This document shows positions 48,459-59,046 of a stretch of DNA of 64,000 nucleotides, in pieces (position 1 is the first letter of the stretch; every line of letters begins with the position of its first letter). This DNA is from Calothrix sp. NIES-2098 (lineage in GTDB: Bacteria > Cyanobacteriota > Cyanobacteriia > Cyanobacteriales > Nostocaceae). The stretch is taken from assembly GCA_002368175.1 (NCBI GenBank), contig AP018172.1, positions 221,599-285,598 on the forward strand, written 5' to 3'. The notes under the pieces were generated by a model. That model searched no databases. It saw nothing but the letters and a program-made list of their open reading frames with translations, and was not told the origin of the DNA. The position numbers and the translations under genes were made by a program.

Positions 48459-50036
48459 TTATTGAGCAGTACTGGCAATCTGATTCCAAGCTTGCACAAC
48501 TTGCTGTAAGTTTTTCGGCAATTTATTTTGCGAAATATCGTTATATCTCACCGTACCCTCTTTGCTAGTCAGAGTGTAGGTAATATAATCAGCCGAGCCT
48601 TGTGGTGCTGGGTAACTCAAATTTTTGAATTCACCAAATCGCGATCGCTCTACTAACCTCTCAAATTGTTGCACTTGTTGGCGGGAAATCCGGCGAACAC
48701 TCCGTTCCGAATCATTAGCATCGCCAACTCGCACCCGAATCAAAGTGCCATCATTAAGTAAAACAGTTTCATAGGTTCTGCCAATAAAGCCACCACTAGA
48801 AATCTGCCGAAATACCACATTTCTATCTAAAGGTAATGGCATTTCATTTGCGGGAATGGGTACTGCACCAGTGGTATTTCTATCAGAAACTTGGTTACTA
48901 CGCAGTCGGTTCCAAGCTTTGACTACAGTTCGCAAATTGCTTGGTAGTTGAGCTTGAGAAATATTGTTGTACTTAACTGTACCTTCTGGGCTGGTGAGAG
49001 TGTAGGTAATGTAATCAGCTGCTCCCCTAGGTGCTGGGTAATTTAAATTCTTAAATTGTGCAAATCTGGTGCTGGCTAACAATTGTTGAAATTGTTGGAC
49101 TTGTTGGGGAGAAACTTGCCAAACTCTTCTTTCCGAATCGTTAGCATCGCCAACTTTAACTCGAATCAAGCTGCCATCATTGAGTAGAACAGTTTCATAA
49201 GTAGTCCCAGCCAAGCCACCACTAGATATTTGCCGAAACACCACATTTCGATCTAAAGATGGCGGTAATTCATTACTAGGAATTGGAACTGGTCTAAGAT
49301 TGCTAGGGTTACGATTAGGTCTGTCACTATTAGCAAGCTGGATTTGAGAACCACTTTCATCACTGAGAAAAACCCAAGGACTAATCCTATTAGTCGCTCT
49401 CACAAATACTTCCCAACCCTGTACTAATATTTGGTCGCAAGCATTGGGTAAAGTGGAACTTTCGCAACCTCTGGCGAATTTTTTCTGTTTAAATGCAACG
49501 ATATTTAGGGTGCTAATTGGTAATCCTGAAACTTGGGAAGCTTGACGTAAAACTCCATCCCTAACGTTTTGAGGCAATGTCTGACTATTAGTTTGGTTAG
49601 CTCTTTCATTTAATCTGATTGCGGAACCTGTTTGATCGGTGTGATAAACCAAGGTTTGTCCAACTGCACCCACAACTATTCGCCAACCTGGTACTATTGC
49701 TCTCAGACAACTTTCATTAGCATTACCTAATTCTAAACAGCCATCTGCCCAATTTTGTTGTTGAGCTTGAATAATATTTAGCCGAGAAATTGGCTGCTGC
49801 AAACGTGTAGACGCAGCTTGTAAAACCCGATTTCTCAAAGATTGTGGTAATTGGTTTTGTTTAAAATTTTGTTTCAGAACTTCGTTTGTTGTCTCTGGCG
49901 AAGGCCTAAGAGAAGCAGCACTACTGCTTTTGATTAATGTTAACCCACTACCAACAGATAAAATGCCAGTTAAAACTAAGGCAGTGAAAATCCGTCCTTG
50001 ATTGCTGGTAGAATAATTACCCAAAGAGCCTTTCAT
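48459..50036 (-). CDS. Secreted hypothetical protein built from two pairs of tandem repeat domains
   Basis: Signal peptide MKGSLGNYSTSNQGRIFTALVLTGILSVGSGLTLIKSSSAAS. Repeat A occurs twice, about 100 aa each (..LPQ.(L/V)R..VL..AS.....PIS.LNI......(W/F)A.GC......C...V.GW...V.A......). Repeat B occurs twice, about 115 aa each (DRNVVFRQISSGG..G.TYETVLLNDG.LIRV.VGDANDSER.V...S.QQVQQF..L......F.EFKNL.YPAP.G.ADYITYTLTS.EGTV.YN.ISQ..LP.NL..VV.AWN). Confidence 0.6.
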   Translation of the reverse strand: MKGSLGNYSTSNQGRIFTALVLTGILSVGSGLTLIKSSSAASLRPSPETTNEVLKQNFKQNQLPQSLRNRVLQAASTRLQQPISRLNIIQAQQQNWADGCLELGNANESCLRAIVPGWRIVVGAVGQTLVYHTDQTGSAIRLNERANQTNSQTLPQNVRDGVLRQASQVSGLPISTLNIVAFKQKKFARGCESSTLPNACDQILVQGWEVFVRATNRISPWVFLSDESGSQIQLANSDRPNRNPSNLRPVPIPSNELPPSLDRNVVFRQISSGGLAGTTYETVLLNDGSLIRVKVGDANDSERRVWQVSPQQVQQFQQLLASTRFAQFKNLNYPAPRGAADYITYTLTSPEGTVKYNNISQAQLPSNLRTVVKAWNRLRSNQVSDRNTTGAVPIPANEMPLPLDRNVVFRQISSGGFIGRTYETVLLNDGTLIRVRVGDANDSERSVRRISRQQVQQFERLVERSRFGEFKNLSYPAPQGSADYITYTLTSKEGTVRYNDISQNKLPKNLQQVVQAWNQIASTAQ

Positions 50037-50429
50037 ATTAATAGTAATAGTTTAGTTACTAGTCAAATAATTGCTACTCTGCAAATAAATACCAAAGAGT
50101 ATAAAATCCTAAAGTTAAACAGCTTGAAATTAAACAAGCGTCAATCTTCTGATGCAGATGTGAAGATAGACGCCTATATGTTTATTATTTGTTCCTGAAT
50201 CTTTACAGCTAGATTGATACAAGATGAAATACTTCAACCTATTAGCTTTGCTGAGTGGCTTTAGGTATACCCTACCATTAGCCTCAGCCTCTATAAAACA
50301 GAAAATCCAAAATAGTATTAAGCACTGAATGTTTATCGATCGTTTGGTGCATCAAATCTAGGAGTATAAGTTTTCCAACCTTTGAAAACTGGTGCAAACA
50401 AGGCATTTATATCGCTATGGGCAATAGTC

Positions 50430-50927
50430 TCAAGCACTGAGAGCCTGCTGTTCAATCGACTGATTTGGCAAATCAAATCTAATAGTACTAGCTGCCCAAT
50501 CTTTTAGATCGGGTGCTAGCCAAACTAGCTTGCGAAGAATTTCATCATTTACCCACAATACTAAAGGGCAATGGAACTGTTTGCGGAACTCATCGCGCAT
50601 CAAATTGGTACTAATGATGAGTTCGTTGATATCGATTACAGATTCTAAACCTCTGATCATCAAAACATCAGGTTGGTCAACACCAACTGTAGTTGAGATG
50701 GTTGTATACAGGGTTTCAGTCCCAGGGGGTAGCACAATCTCTTGGATATGCACTGATGAGAATTCTGTTAGCAGATTCAGTACCTGCTGTTGCCTATTAG
50801 CAGAGTTACAAGATGCCAAAATTAATGAAAATGCACCAGCAGAGACCATCATCGCTCTTGCGAGTCGTTTGGTGGCTGCAACGGTATTCCCCATACCGTC
50901 TTGTGAATTGTTTAAGCTGCTGATCAT
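50430..50927 (-). CDS. Hypothetical protein
   Basis: 165-aa ORF with plausible codon usage. The opposite-strand ORF at 50530..50964 looks unnatural (Cys/Ser-rich). No motif recognised. Confidence 0.35.
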   Translation of the reverse strand: MISSLNNSQDGMGNTVAATKRLARAMMVSAGAFSLILASCNSANRQQQVLNLLTEFSSVHIQEIVLPPGTETLYTTISTTVGVDQPDVLMIRGLESVIDINELIISTNLMRDEFRKQFHCPLVLWVNDEILRKLVWLAPDLKDWAASTIRFDLPNQSIEQQALSA

Positions 50928-51552
50928 TATAGAGTCCTGCCTTTGGTCTTTAAAAGTACCTTAGCCTTTTCAGTTTAATTCGTTCATCAACTCGTTATCC
51001 AAAGTATTTTTGGGTAAAATTTGATAACACTTTATTTGATGACCTACAGTAATCTTACGCATGATTTAATAATTGAGGATGCAGTGTTTGACCCCGCATT
51101 TCCGAGAATATAGATAGTAGGCAGTGTAATCCAAATAACAAACAAGTGAAATTTACAAATTTGTTGAGTTGCGTGTACCTAATATTTAGGTTTAGAAGAT
51201 TAGCTGCTGATTATTAAGTGATGGGAAGTTTGGGAATAAGGAAAGGCTATATTCCTAAATTAACATTATCAACGTAAATTAATAACAAAAATCGGTATAA
51301 ATGTTTAGCCAGCAGGCGATAATGCAACTTCTGTCTGGCTATATCAGTCAAGATTCATATTTAACGATGCTTGTAACAAATGATGAAAAAGCTAGTCGGT
51401 CTTTCGGGTCAGCGAGGGGTCACACCCTTTGCTAATTTGCTAACAGCATCACTGATGGAGATGATTAATTTTGAGTTTTGAATTCGGAGCGAAGTGACGT
51501 GACTTTTTTGAGATGGAATTTTTACCAGAGCAGAAAGCGGGCATTCTTTGCA

Positions 51553-52725
51553 ATGATGGTTGCCTTGAGCTTGATAGCTACTGTGATGTTTTCATTACCT
51601 TTAAACGCACAAAATCCACCTTTGCGATCGCCTGTATCGGAATTAAGAGGTGTATGGTTAACAAATATTGATAGCGATATGCTATTTGAGCAGAATCGTC
51701 TTAAACAATCTTTACAACGATTGAGCGAACTTAACTTTAATACTGTATATCCCACAGTTTGGAATTGGGGCTATACTCTGTATCCTAGCAAAGTTGCAGC
51801 CAAAGAAATTGGGCGATCGCTCGACCCCACACCCGGACTGCAAGGACGAGATATGCTCAAAGAAGTTGTCGACGAAGGGCATAAAAAAGGTTTAACAGTT
51901 ATTCCTTGGTTTGAATTTGGCTTTATGGCTCCTGCTGATTCCCAATTAGCTAAACGTCATCCCCAATGGCTAACTAATCGTAGTAACGGTACGCGAATTG
52001 TCAAAGAAGGTACACATGACCGAGTGTGGCTGAGTCCCTTTCGCCCAGATGTCCAAAAATTTATCCAAGATTTAATAGTTGAAATTGTTAAAAACTATAA
52101 TATCGACGGTATTCAATTTGATGACCATTTTGGTTTACCCTCAGAATTAGGCTACGATCCTTACACAGTAGCGCTCTATAGAAAAGAACATGGCGGTCGT
52201 GCACCTTCTGCTAACTTTAAAGATCCAGAGTGGGTGGCTTGGAGAGCAAATAAAATTACTGACTACATGAAGCGGGTATTTACAGCTATCAAAGCTGTGA
52301 AAAAAGACTGTATTGTATCCGTTGCACCTAATCCTCAACGTTTTTCCTACGATTTCTTTTTAGCAGATTGGCAAAAATGGGAACGTATGGGACTGGTAGA
52401 AGACTTAGTTTTGCAGATCTATCGCGATGACCTGAGCGTTTTTCTCAGCGAATTAGAGTACCCAGAAGTGAAAGCCGCAAAGAGCCATATTCCTGTAAGT
52501 ATTGGCATTTTATCCGGGCTAAAAGGCAAATCTATACCCATGCAACAAATTCAAACACAAGTGCAAAAAGTACGCGATCGCAATTTTGCCGGAGTAGCGT
52601 TCTTTTTCTACGAAACTCTATGGAACCTTAGCAAAGAAAAACCCTTAGACCGTCAAACCAGCTTTCAGCAAATCTTCCCCATACGCACCGCGTATCCAAA
52701 TTTATTAACAGGCTGGAAACCTTAG
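51553..52725 (+). CDS. GHL10 (DUF187/YddW-like) glycoside-hydrolase-like family protein, secreted
   Basis: Signal peptide MMVALSLIATVMFSLPLNAQ, then LRGVWLTNIDSDMLFEQNRLKQSLQRLSELNFNTVYPTVWNWGYTLYPS...GIQFDDHFG. It is a paralogue of the catalytic region of the 15839..18025 gene. An alternative TTG start lies at 51478. Confidence 0.7.
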   Translation: MMVALSLIATVMFSLPLNAQNPPLRSPVSELRGVWLTNIDSDMLFEQNRLKQSLQRLSELNFNTVYPTVWNWGYTLYPSKVAAKEIGRSLDPTPGLQGRDMLKEVVDEGHKKGLTVIPWFEFGFMAPADSQLAKRHPQWLTNRSNGTRIVKEGTHDRVWLSPFRPDVQKFIQDLIVEIVKNYNIDGIQFDDHFGLPSELGYDPYTVALYRKEHGGRAPSANFKDPEWVAWRANKITDYMKRVFTAIKAVKKDCIVSVAPNPQRFSYDFFLADWQKWERMGLVEDLVLQIYRDDLSVFLSELEYPEVKAAKSHIPVSIGILSGLKGKSIPMQQIQTQVQKVRDRNFAGVAFFFYETLWNLSKEKPLDRQTSFQQIFPIRTAYPNLLTGWKP

Positions 52726-52960
52726 GGAAGCAGAGGGGCAGGGAGCAGGTGAGACCAGCCCCCGTCTACAGCCCTTCGGGCATCCTTCGGCGAGCGGTCT
52801 CCGTCACGATGGGGGACTGGCGAACTCGTTCGACGAAGTTGTTCCCGTTCCCTCGAAGAGGGTTCCCGCAGGGTAGGGTAGGGGAGCAAATTAACAATGA
52901 TTCCTCCTTGTCTCCTTTCTCCCCACACTTCCCACACTCCCCACACTCCCTTACTCTTAC
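52726..52960. repeat. GC-rich intergenic insert (about 60% GC) carrying a GGGCAGGGAGCAGG motif, then dispersed-repeat copy 4 (CTCCCCACACTTCCCACACTCCCCACACTCCC)
   Basis: Sequence is gggaagcagaggggcagggagcaggtgagacc...cgaactcgttcgacgaagttgttcccgttccc...tctccccacacttcccacactccccacactccc. Related G-rich motifs are at 2990-3060 and, as reverse complement, at 55595-55625. Confidence 0.6.
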
Positions 52961-54462
52961 CCGCCGATTCCCAAACGCCCAGCCAAAGCGGGAGTTAAAG
53001 GTAGGAGAGTAGCGATCGTTAAAAAGAGTGCTAAAAGACCTAAACCAGCCCTAGCATCATCCGGTTCAGTAATTTCATTCAAGCTAGGGCGTTCTAAGTC
53101 CCGTTGTAAAAACAGAATCAAAATTGCCCAGTACATAGCTAAAGGATTAGCTAGGGATACAATACCCAGCAAAATTAAAGTGGCAAAGGTTGCTCTGCCT
53201 GCGGTTTTGCGTCCATAAATCGCTTGCACAATCCGACCACCATCTAATTGTCCGGCTGGCATTAAATTCAAGGCAGTAATTACTAACCCCAGCCAACCAA
53301 TCACTACTAGGGGATGAACATTGACTAAAGGTGACTGTAAGGCGGAACCGAGAACAACTCGCGCCAAGCTACCGACCAAAATCGATCCTTGGAAAAACTG
53401 ATTTGGGATTTGAAATAAACTGCCTGGATGAGAAAGCAACAAACCCACAATCAGCATCAATAAAGAAACTATACCGCCAGCCGCCGGCCCTGCCAAAGCT
53501 ATATCAAATAGTACGGTGCGGTTAGGCAATAATGACTCAAAGCGAGTAATAGCACCAAAAGAACCAATTTGCACAGCAGGTAGGAAGAAAGGCCAGCTCA
53601 GACGAACTTGGTGACGTTTAGCCAGTAACCAATGACCGATTTCATGTGCTACCAAAATCGTCAATATCCCCAAACCGATAGGCAAAGTTTCTGCCAACCT
53701 TTGTGGTTGGGCAAATAAATCAAAACTCAGCAGTAACCCCGCAGCTTCTAAACTCGTAGCAATCGTGGCGATGAGTAGGATACCCGCAAATGCTTTTTGG
53801 GGTAACGACATGGGGCGCGGGTCATTGCGACTCGGTAGGACAATTACTACAGGTTTACCGTCTGTATTCTCTACTAAGAATAAACGATAGCGATCGCTCA
53901 GACGTTCCTGTAAACTTGCACTCAAACGAGTGTGAACTTCCTGCGCTTCTCCCCGCAGATTGCCTTTAAAAATTACGCCTTCTTGGTAGGGTATCGTTTC
54001 TGTAGTAAAAAATGTGTCAATTCCAAAAATACCTTTAATGGCATTCAAATCATCTTCTGGAATCGACATTACCGCAATTTTTTGCTCTGCCACTCCTGTG
54101 GAAGCATTAGCATCTGGTGCGGTATTTAGTTCAGTTGAAGCATTAGCAGCCAGCCTTTGGGTTGCTTTTTGCTTGAGTAGCGCATCTTGTCCAGCGGAGC
54201 GTAGCTGCTTGCCTAAGAATATATATAAGCCAGCGGATGCTACTACTAAAAACAATATACCCACTATGTTGATGTAAATTCCGGCTGCAAACAAACCAAA
54301 GAACAACAGCCAAGGAGCCATCAACACCACCGACTGTAACCAGGCCAAGACTCCCAGTTTACCAAAAGGTCTGGCGCGATAAAAGCCCCAGCCCAAAATG
54401 GCAAAAGCTACCAGCACAATTGTTGCAACGATAGAAGTTTCCGATAGAGTAAACATCTCCAA
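52957..54462 (-). CDS. Site-2 protease (M50) family metalloprotease
   Basis: Multiple TM helices; HEXXH as LVAHEIGHWLLAKRH; a second conserved region LNLMPAGQLDGGRIV. Length 501 aa. Confidence 0.85.
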   Translation of the reverse strand: MEMFTLSETSIVATIVLVAFAILGWGFYRARPFGKLGVLAWLQSVVLMAPWLLFFGLFAAGIYINIVGILFLVVASAGLYIFLGKQLRSAGQDALLKQKATQRLAANASTELNTAPDANASTGVAEQKIAVMSIPEDDLNAIKGIFGIDTFFTTETIPYQEGVIFKGNLRGEAQEVHTRLSASLQERLSDRYRLFLVENTDGKPVVIVLPSRNDPRPMSLPQKAFAGILLIATIATSLEAAGLLLSFDLFAQPQRLAETLPIGLGILTILVAHEIGHWLLAKRHQVRLSWPFFLPAVQIGSFGAITRFESLLPNRTVLFDIALAGPAAGGIVSLLMLIVGLLLSHPGSLFQIPNQFFQGSILVGSLARVVLGSALQSPLVNVHPLVVIGWLGLVITALNLMPAGQLDGGRIVQAIYGRKTAGRATFATLILLGIVSLANPLAMYWAILILFLQRDLERPSLNEITEPDDARAGLGLLALFLTIATLLPLTPALAGRLGIGG

Positions 54463-54851
54463 ACCTTTGCTTTTGAGGCCGAGCTAGTACAAGTCCGGCA
54501 TTGCAGATACATTATTTAATCTATAACGTCGCCTGTAGCTTACCCAAATTTTAGTCATAATTTCTGGAGTGGCAGAAAATCGGGATAAAATTATCAACTA
54601 CCAGACTTGACGTTTTACGCAACCTATCGTTACGACTATTGAAACTTTGCGTTCTTTGCTGACTAAGATCTTAAGTAAATTGGGTTACGAGGAACACACC
54701 CTAATGGTGTGGCAATAATAGCAAAAAATGTAAATTTAAGAAAAACTAAAATACAAAAAAAGGCAAAAATCAAAAGATATTATTTTGATTTTGCCTTCTA
54801 TTTTTAGGTAATAGATGTGTTAGTTAATCTAAAAATATTCTTTATACAAAT

Positions 54852-55235
54852 CTAGACTGGTAATCCTGGTAGTCCTCGCAAATTGCGTAAAGCGCTAACG
54901 CAAGCCGGGCAATCGCAACCAAATAATTGGATGGCAGCATTACTTTCTTCATCAGTAAATTCTAGTTTGGCAGGATCGCTGGGTGTGCCTTGATTTGAGG
55001 CAACAACTTGTGTTGAATTAGAAGCAATAGGAGTACTCTTGCTCCGCCGAATACAGACTAAAGGTGTGGGATACGCGCCGTGTGGAGAATGTACGCAAGC
55101 ACGACCATCTGGAGTATAAATTACTTCAGTTGAGCGCAGAGATGCATGAGCAGGCTGTGTCAGCATCACCATAGACAGCATAGATGTAAATACTGTTGGG
55201 GTGGAGAGCAAATGCAACAGAAATTTTTTGTTCAT
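54852..55235 (-). CDS. Small secreted hypothetical protein with a C-terminal CxCPxC motif
   Basis: MNKKFLLHLLSTPTVFTSMLSMVMLTQPAHA is a signal peptide. ...AAIQLFGCDCPACVSALRNLRGLPGLPV. Confidence 0.45.
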   Translation of the reverse strand: MNKKFLLHLLSTPTVFTSMLSMVMLTQPAHASLRSTEVIYTPDGRACVHSPHGAYPTPLVCIRRSKSTPIASNSTQVVASNQGTPSDPAKLEFTDEESNAAIQLFGCDCPACVSALRNLRGLPGLPV

Positions 55236-55705
55236 ATTATCGAGAGCCTTTTTCAATTAAGTAAAACTAAACGAGTAAGTTTGTAGCATCATTTTTGATA
55301 AATCTTTTAGGTTTTTATCCAAGACTTTTTAACACTTGGCAGTTAAACCTAAAAGATTTAAGAAGGATTTTACCAGAAGCAATTTATCAAATATATATCT
55401 GTGGAAGTATTATCTATATGAAATTGGTATGTCATTTGTGTGTCGCTCATGACACATAGTTAAAACAATGAATTCAGGTAGGGTTATTGGGTTTGGGAAA
55501 ACATACAGTTCTCATTAAATAATGACTTTAATAAGTTAAATTTCAAAATCTGAGAAATTATCCCATTTCTCTAAATTCTGAGTCCAGATAATTCTCCGCC
55601 CTGCTCCCTGCCCCCTATGTGTAGCCTTATTTTGGAGAATCGGTATTATCCACCCCTAATCTCTTGCTATTTGGTAGTAAGAGTTGAGGTGGGTTGGATT
55701 TGATA

Positions 55706-56773
55706 TTACAGCCAAGCGCGGTCATATTGAACTGGCCAGAGTTTCTCGTATCCTAACTGTTTAGCTGCCATGTGCGGCCAGTAAGGATTGCGAAGCAACT
55801 CACGTCCCAACAATACTATGTCAGCGCTTCCTGAACTAATAATTTGGTCTGCTTGTTCGGGAGAGGTAATTAAGCCTACGGCTCCTGTGTCAATATTCGC
55901 TTCACGACGGATGCGTTCGGCAAACTGAGTTTGATAACCTGGCTTGAGTGGTATGTTAATGCCTGGGATAATGCCACCGGAAGAGCAGTCAATCAAATCT
56001 ACACCTAAAGACTTAAGTTTGTCACTTAAAGCGATACTTTGCTCAATATCCCAACCCTTGTCTACCCAATCTGTAGCAGAGAGGCGTACAAATAATGGAT
56101 GTGTTTGTGGCCAAACTTCTCGCACGCCTTGAACGACTTCCCTCAGCAGCCGAGTACGGTTTTCAAAGCTACCACCATAATCATCTGTACGAGTGTTAGC
56201 TAGCGGTGAGAGGAACTGGTGCAGCAGATAACCGTGAGCAGCATGGATTTCAATTACTTTGAATCCAGCTTTTAAAGAACGTTGAGCAGCTTGGACAAAA
56301 GCATCGGTAACTTGTTGAATACCTTCAATGGTGAGGGCTTCTGGTATGGGGCTATCTTTGCTAAAAGCGATCGCACTACTGGAAACTAGAGGACGCCAAC
56401 CTTCTTGAGATTCATCTAAGAACTTTCCGCCCTTGCTTGGTTTGGCTGTGCTGGCTTTTCTTCCTGCGTGAGCGAGTTGAATACCAGCAACCGCACCAAA
56501 GTTATGAATTAATTCCACAATCTGGGCTAAATTCTCAACGTGTTCGTCTAACCAAATTCCTAAATCTTGGGGGCTAATGCGTCCCCGCGGCTCTACGGCT
56601 GCTGCTTCTGTTAACACTAAACCAGAACCACCAACTGCACGCGAAGCTAGATGAACCTTGTGCCAGTCATTAGCATAACCATCGGTACTGGAATATTGAC
56701 ACATTGGTGAAACGGCAATGCGGTTGCGAAAGCTGACTTCACGAATACTATATGGTTCAAACAGGTGTGCCAT
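55706..56773 (-). CDS. YqjM-type Old Yellow Enzyme NADH:flavin oxidoreductase
   Basis: MAHLFEPYSIREVSFRNRIAVSPMCQYSS...HAAHGYLLHQFLSPLANTRTDDYGGS. Second OYE paralogue in the window. Confidence 0.88.
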   Translation of the reverse strand: MAHLFEPYSIREVSFRNRIAVSPMCQYSSTDGYANDWHKVHLASRAVGGSGLVLTEAAAVEPRGRISPQDLGIWLDEHVENLAQIVELIHNFGAVAGIQLAHAGRKASTAKPSKGGKFLDESQEGWRPLVSSSAIAFSKDSPIPEALTIEGIQQVTDAFVQAAQRSLKAGFKVIEIHAAHGYLLHQFLSPLANTRTDDYGGSFENRTRLLREVVQGVREVWPQTHPLFVRLSATDWVDKGWDIEQSIALSDKLKSLGVDLIDCSSGGIIPGINIPLKPGYQTQFAERIRREANIDTGAVGLITSPEQADQIISSGSADIVLLGRELLRNPYWPHMAAKQLGYEKLWPVQYDRAWL

Positions 56774-57273
56774 TGGTATTGATTCCTTCTCTTGCTAGGT
56801 GAAAGAAATAAGTCAAAAAGTTACGCAGTAGACTTCGGTTACTGAAACATTTGTAGATGTTTTCCTAAACACACTTAATTTAGGCAGGAAAGCAACAATC
56901 ACCAGGAATAATTTGAAAGCATAAACATGAATACACAGCTACACTCCACATCTATAAGTATCAGTAAAACAGTTAAGTTCGCCACAGATGAAGTTAGCCG
57001 TTATCCAAGACTTAGCCAATCAGCTTTTGACATTTGATACCCATCTGAAAATGTGGATTTAGTTTCAGAGTTCAGCTGTATGCATCTCTAAATCAATAAT
57101 CAGCACTCCAGCTACTAACTCATGAAATGAGTCCCATATCATCAAAGTATGATAAAAGCTGAGAGTCAGAGAGAAATAGAGTATGTAACTGGAATACCCA
57201 CCTTTTGTAGGGGTGATTCCTGAGAGGCAAGGCAATAGTAATTGCTCTAAATATTACTATAAATTATAAGCTA

Positions 57274-57507
57274 TTACTGACTAGAATAAATCCAGCGATC
57301 GCTAGCTTTTCGATAGCTGGGTTTTTTACTACAATTATAATTATTTTGTTCTTCCCAAATATCGCCTTGTTCCATCTCTCGATTCACCAATAACTGTAAT
57401 TTCTCTGGTAATCTAGCCCTGTAATCTAGCGACCAAAGTTCTATATCTAGTAATTCTCTCTCAATTTTCCCAAAAATCATTTGCTGACCCTTCCTTAGTC
57501 TTAGCAT
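57274..57507 (-). CDS. Small hypothetical ORF (77 aa)
   Basis: ORF only, no motif. Confidence 0.2.
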   Translation of the reverse strand: MLRLRKGQQMIFGKIERELLDIELWSLDYRARLPEKLQLLVNREMEQGDIWEEQNNYNCSKKPSYRKASDRWIYSSQ

Positions 57508-57843
57508 TTCTTCCTACTAGTTTTGTAAGTAGAATTTGTCCAAGTTTCATAGCTCAAGACATGGATGAATACCAAGAATTCAAGTCTTGCATATTCGTAA
57601 TCTGTTCATAACTTATTTATAATTGCTATAATTTTTGAATTAACTTAAAACTTTTGGAAGTTTGAAATTATTAAAAAAATAAGTATTTGGATATGTAATG
57701 ATATCAGTATGCTTGCAGTATGAAAAAATACAAATTCACCAAGGAAGCGATCGCATTTAAATTACAATCCTTTTATAGGGTTTTCTCGCAAACTTTATTA
57801 CATCTAAGCCAGTAGCAATATATCTTCAGAGAAATAGTTATTT

Positions 57844-58206
57844 ATGATTGGTAAGAAAATTCTTGTAGTTGACGACGATCCGCCAGTAAGGAACCTAATC
57901 CAACGGTTTTTAACTAAACTAAATTATCAAGTAGAAGCTGCCGCCGATGGAAAAACGGCAAGAGCTATATTCCAAAATTTTCATCCAGATCTAGTGATTT
58001 TAGATGTAACTTTACCAAACGAGAATATCTCCGATATCTGCGAAGAAATACAAGTTATCGGTGAAGCCTTTGTACTTCTGCTAACTAAAAATTTAGATGC
58101 AGGTATAAAGGCTGATGACTATCTCGCCAAGCCATTTGATTTAGGACAACTGGAAGCTAAAGTAACAAAGATTTTGCAGGGCAGAAATGATAATAACTGG
58201 GGTTAA
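57844..58206 (+). CDS. Single-domain response regulator (CheY-like receiver)
   Basis: ILVVDDDPPVRNLI...DLVILDVTLP...LLLTKN...YLAKPF carries the D-D / D / T / K receiver residues. There is no output domain. Confidence 0.75.
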   Translation: MIGKKILVVDDDPPVRNLIQRFLTKLNYQVEAAADGKTARAIFQNFHPDLVILDVTLPNENISDICEEIQVIGEAFVLLLTKNLDAGIKADDYLAKPFDLGQLEAKVTKILQGRNDNNWG

Positions 58207-58412
58207 GATGATATTTAGAGTATTTCGTTACTCTAGACAGATCTAACGCTAAAATATTTGATTTAAGCACGCATCAGCAGAATAAACTTAATCTTAAGTA
58301 ATTTGAGTGGGCACTTCAGCAAAGTTAAATACGTCATCATGACACATGATAGATAAATCTAAATTTTCTATCAAACTAATTAAAATGTGACAAGTAATTT
58401 TAGGAGAATAAC

Positions 58413-58802
58413 GTGAAAACATCTGTAATTGCTAAAACACTCATAGCATCACTGGGATTTTTAACTTTGTTTAGCCCAAATCAGGCTTCAGCGCAGCTAG
58501 TACCCCAACCTTGGGTGTCGGTGGGTGGAAATGATGGTGATGTCACCTATGCTGTGGGAGCTAGAGCTTTGAATTTGGGCGTTGAACTCGGAGCAGGCCC
58601 GGACGGATCTACTGGAGTTGATGTTTTAAAATTTTTCAGTCTACCAGTAATTTCACCTTATGTAGGACTGGGATATTATTCAGAAGATAAGGGTGTTGCG
58701 GTCTCTGGAGGCGTTCAGGTAGGTGCTACAGACCACATTTTTGTAGGTGCTGGTTACAACTCTGTTCGCGGCTTTAATGGGCAACTGGGAGTAAGATTTT
58801 AA
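58413..58802 (+). CDS. Small secreted Gly/Val-rich hypothetical protein
   Basis: Signal peptide MKTSVIAKTLIASLGFLTLFSPNQASAQ. Beta-rich composition and a C-terminal aromatic F. Confidence 0.45.
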   Translation: MKTSVIAKTLIASLGFLTLFSPNQASAQLVPQPWVSVGGNDGDVTYAVGARALNLGVELGAGPDGSTGVDVLKFFSLPVISPYVGLGYYSEDKGVAVSGGVQVGATDHIFVGAGYNSVRGFNGQLGVRF

Positions 58803-59046
58803 TTGTGATTCTGCAATTCAAATTTAGGAATAACAATCAACACGGCTAGTTGGTGTAAGTAATTTGGTATATATAAATATTGAATAGCCTGGAATTTTGA
58901 TGTATTGTACAACCTTGTGTAGGTGCTTTCTGTTTGTATAGCTGCACTCTGGAATCGCCAGCTACTTATTTTAACTTAATTAATGGCAGCAATAGTGAAA
59001 GAATTAAATTAGCTTTTACTATTATGGGTTGAACAGGAAACTCCTT

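Noticed and set aside
50530-50964. 144-aa plus-strand ORF
   Set aside because: The translation is Cys/Ser-rich and unnatural. The minus-strand ORF at 50430..50927 has a more protein-like composition.
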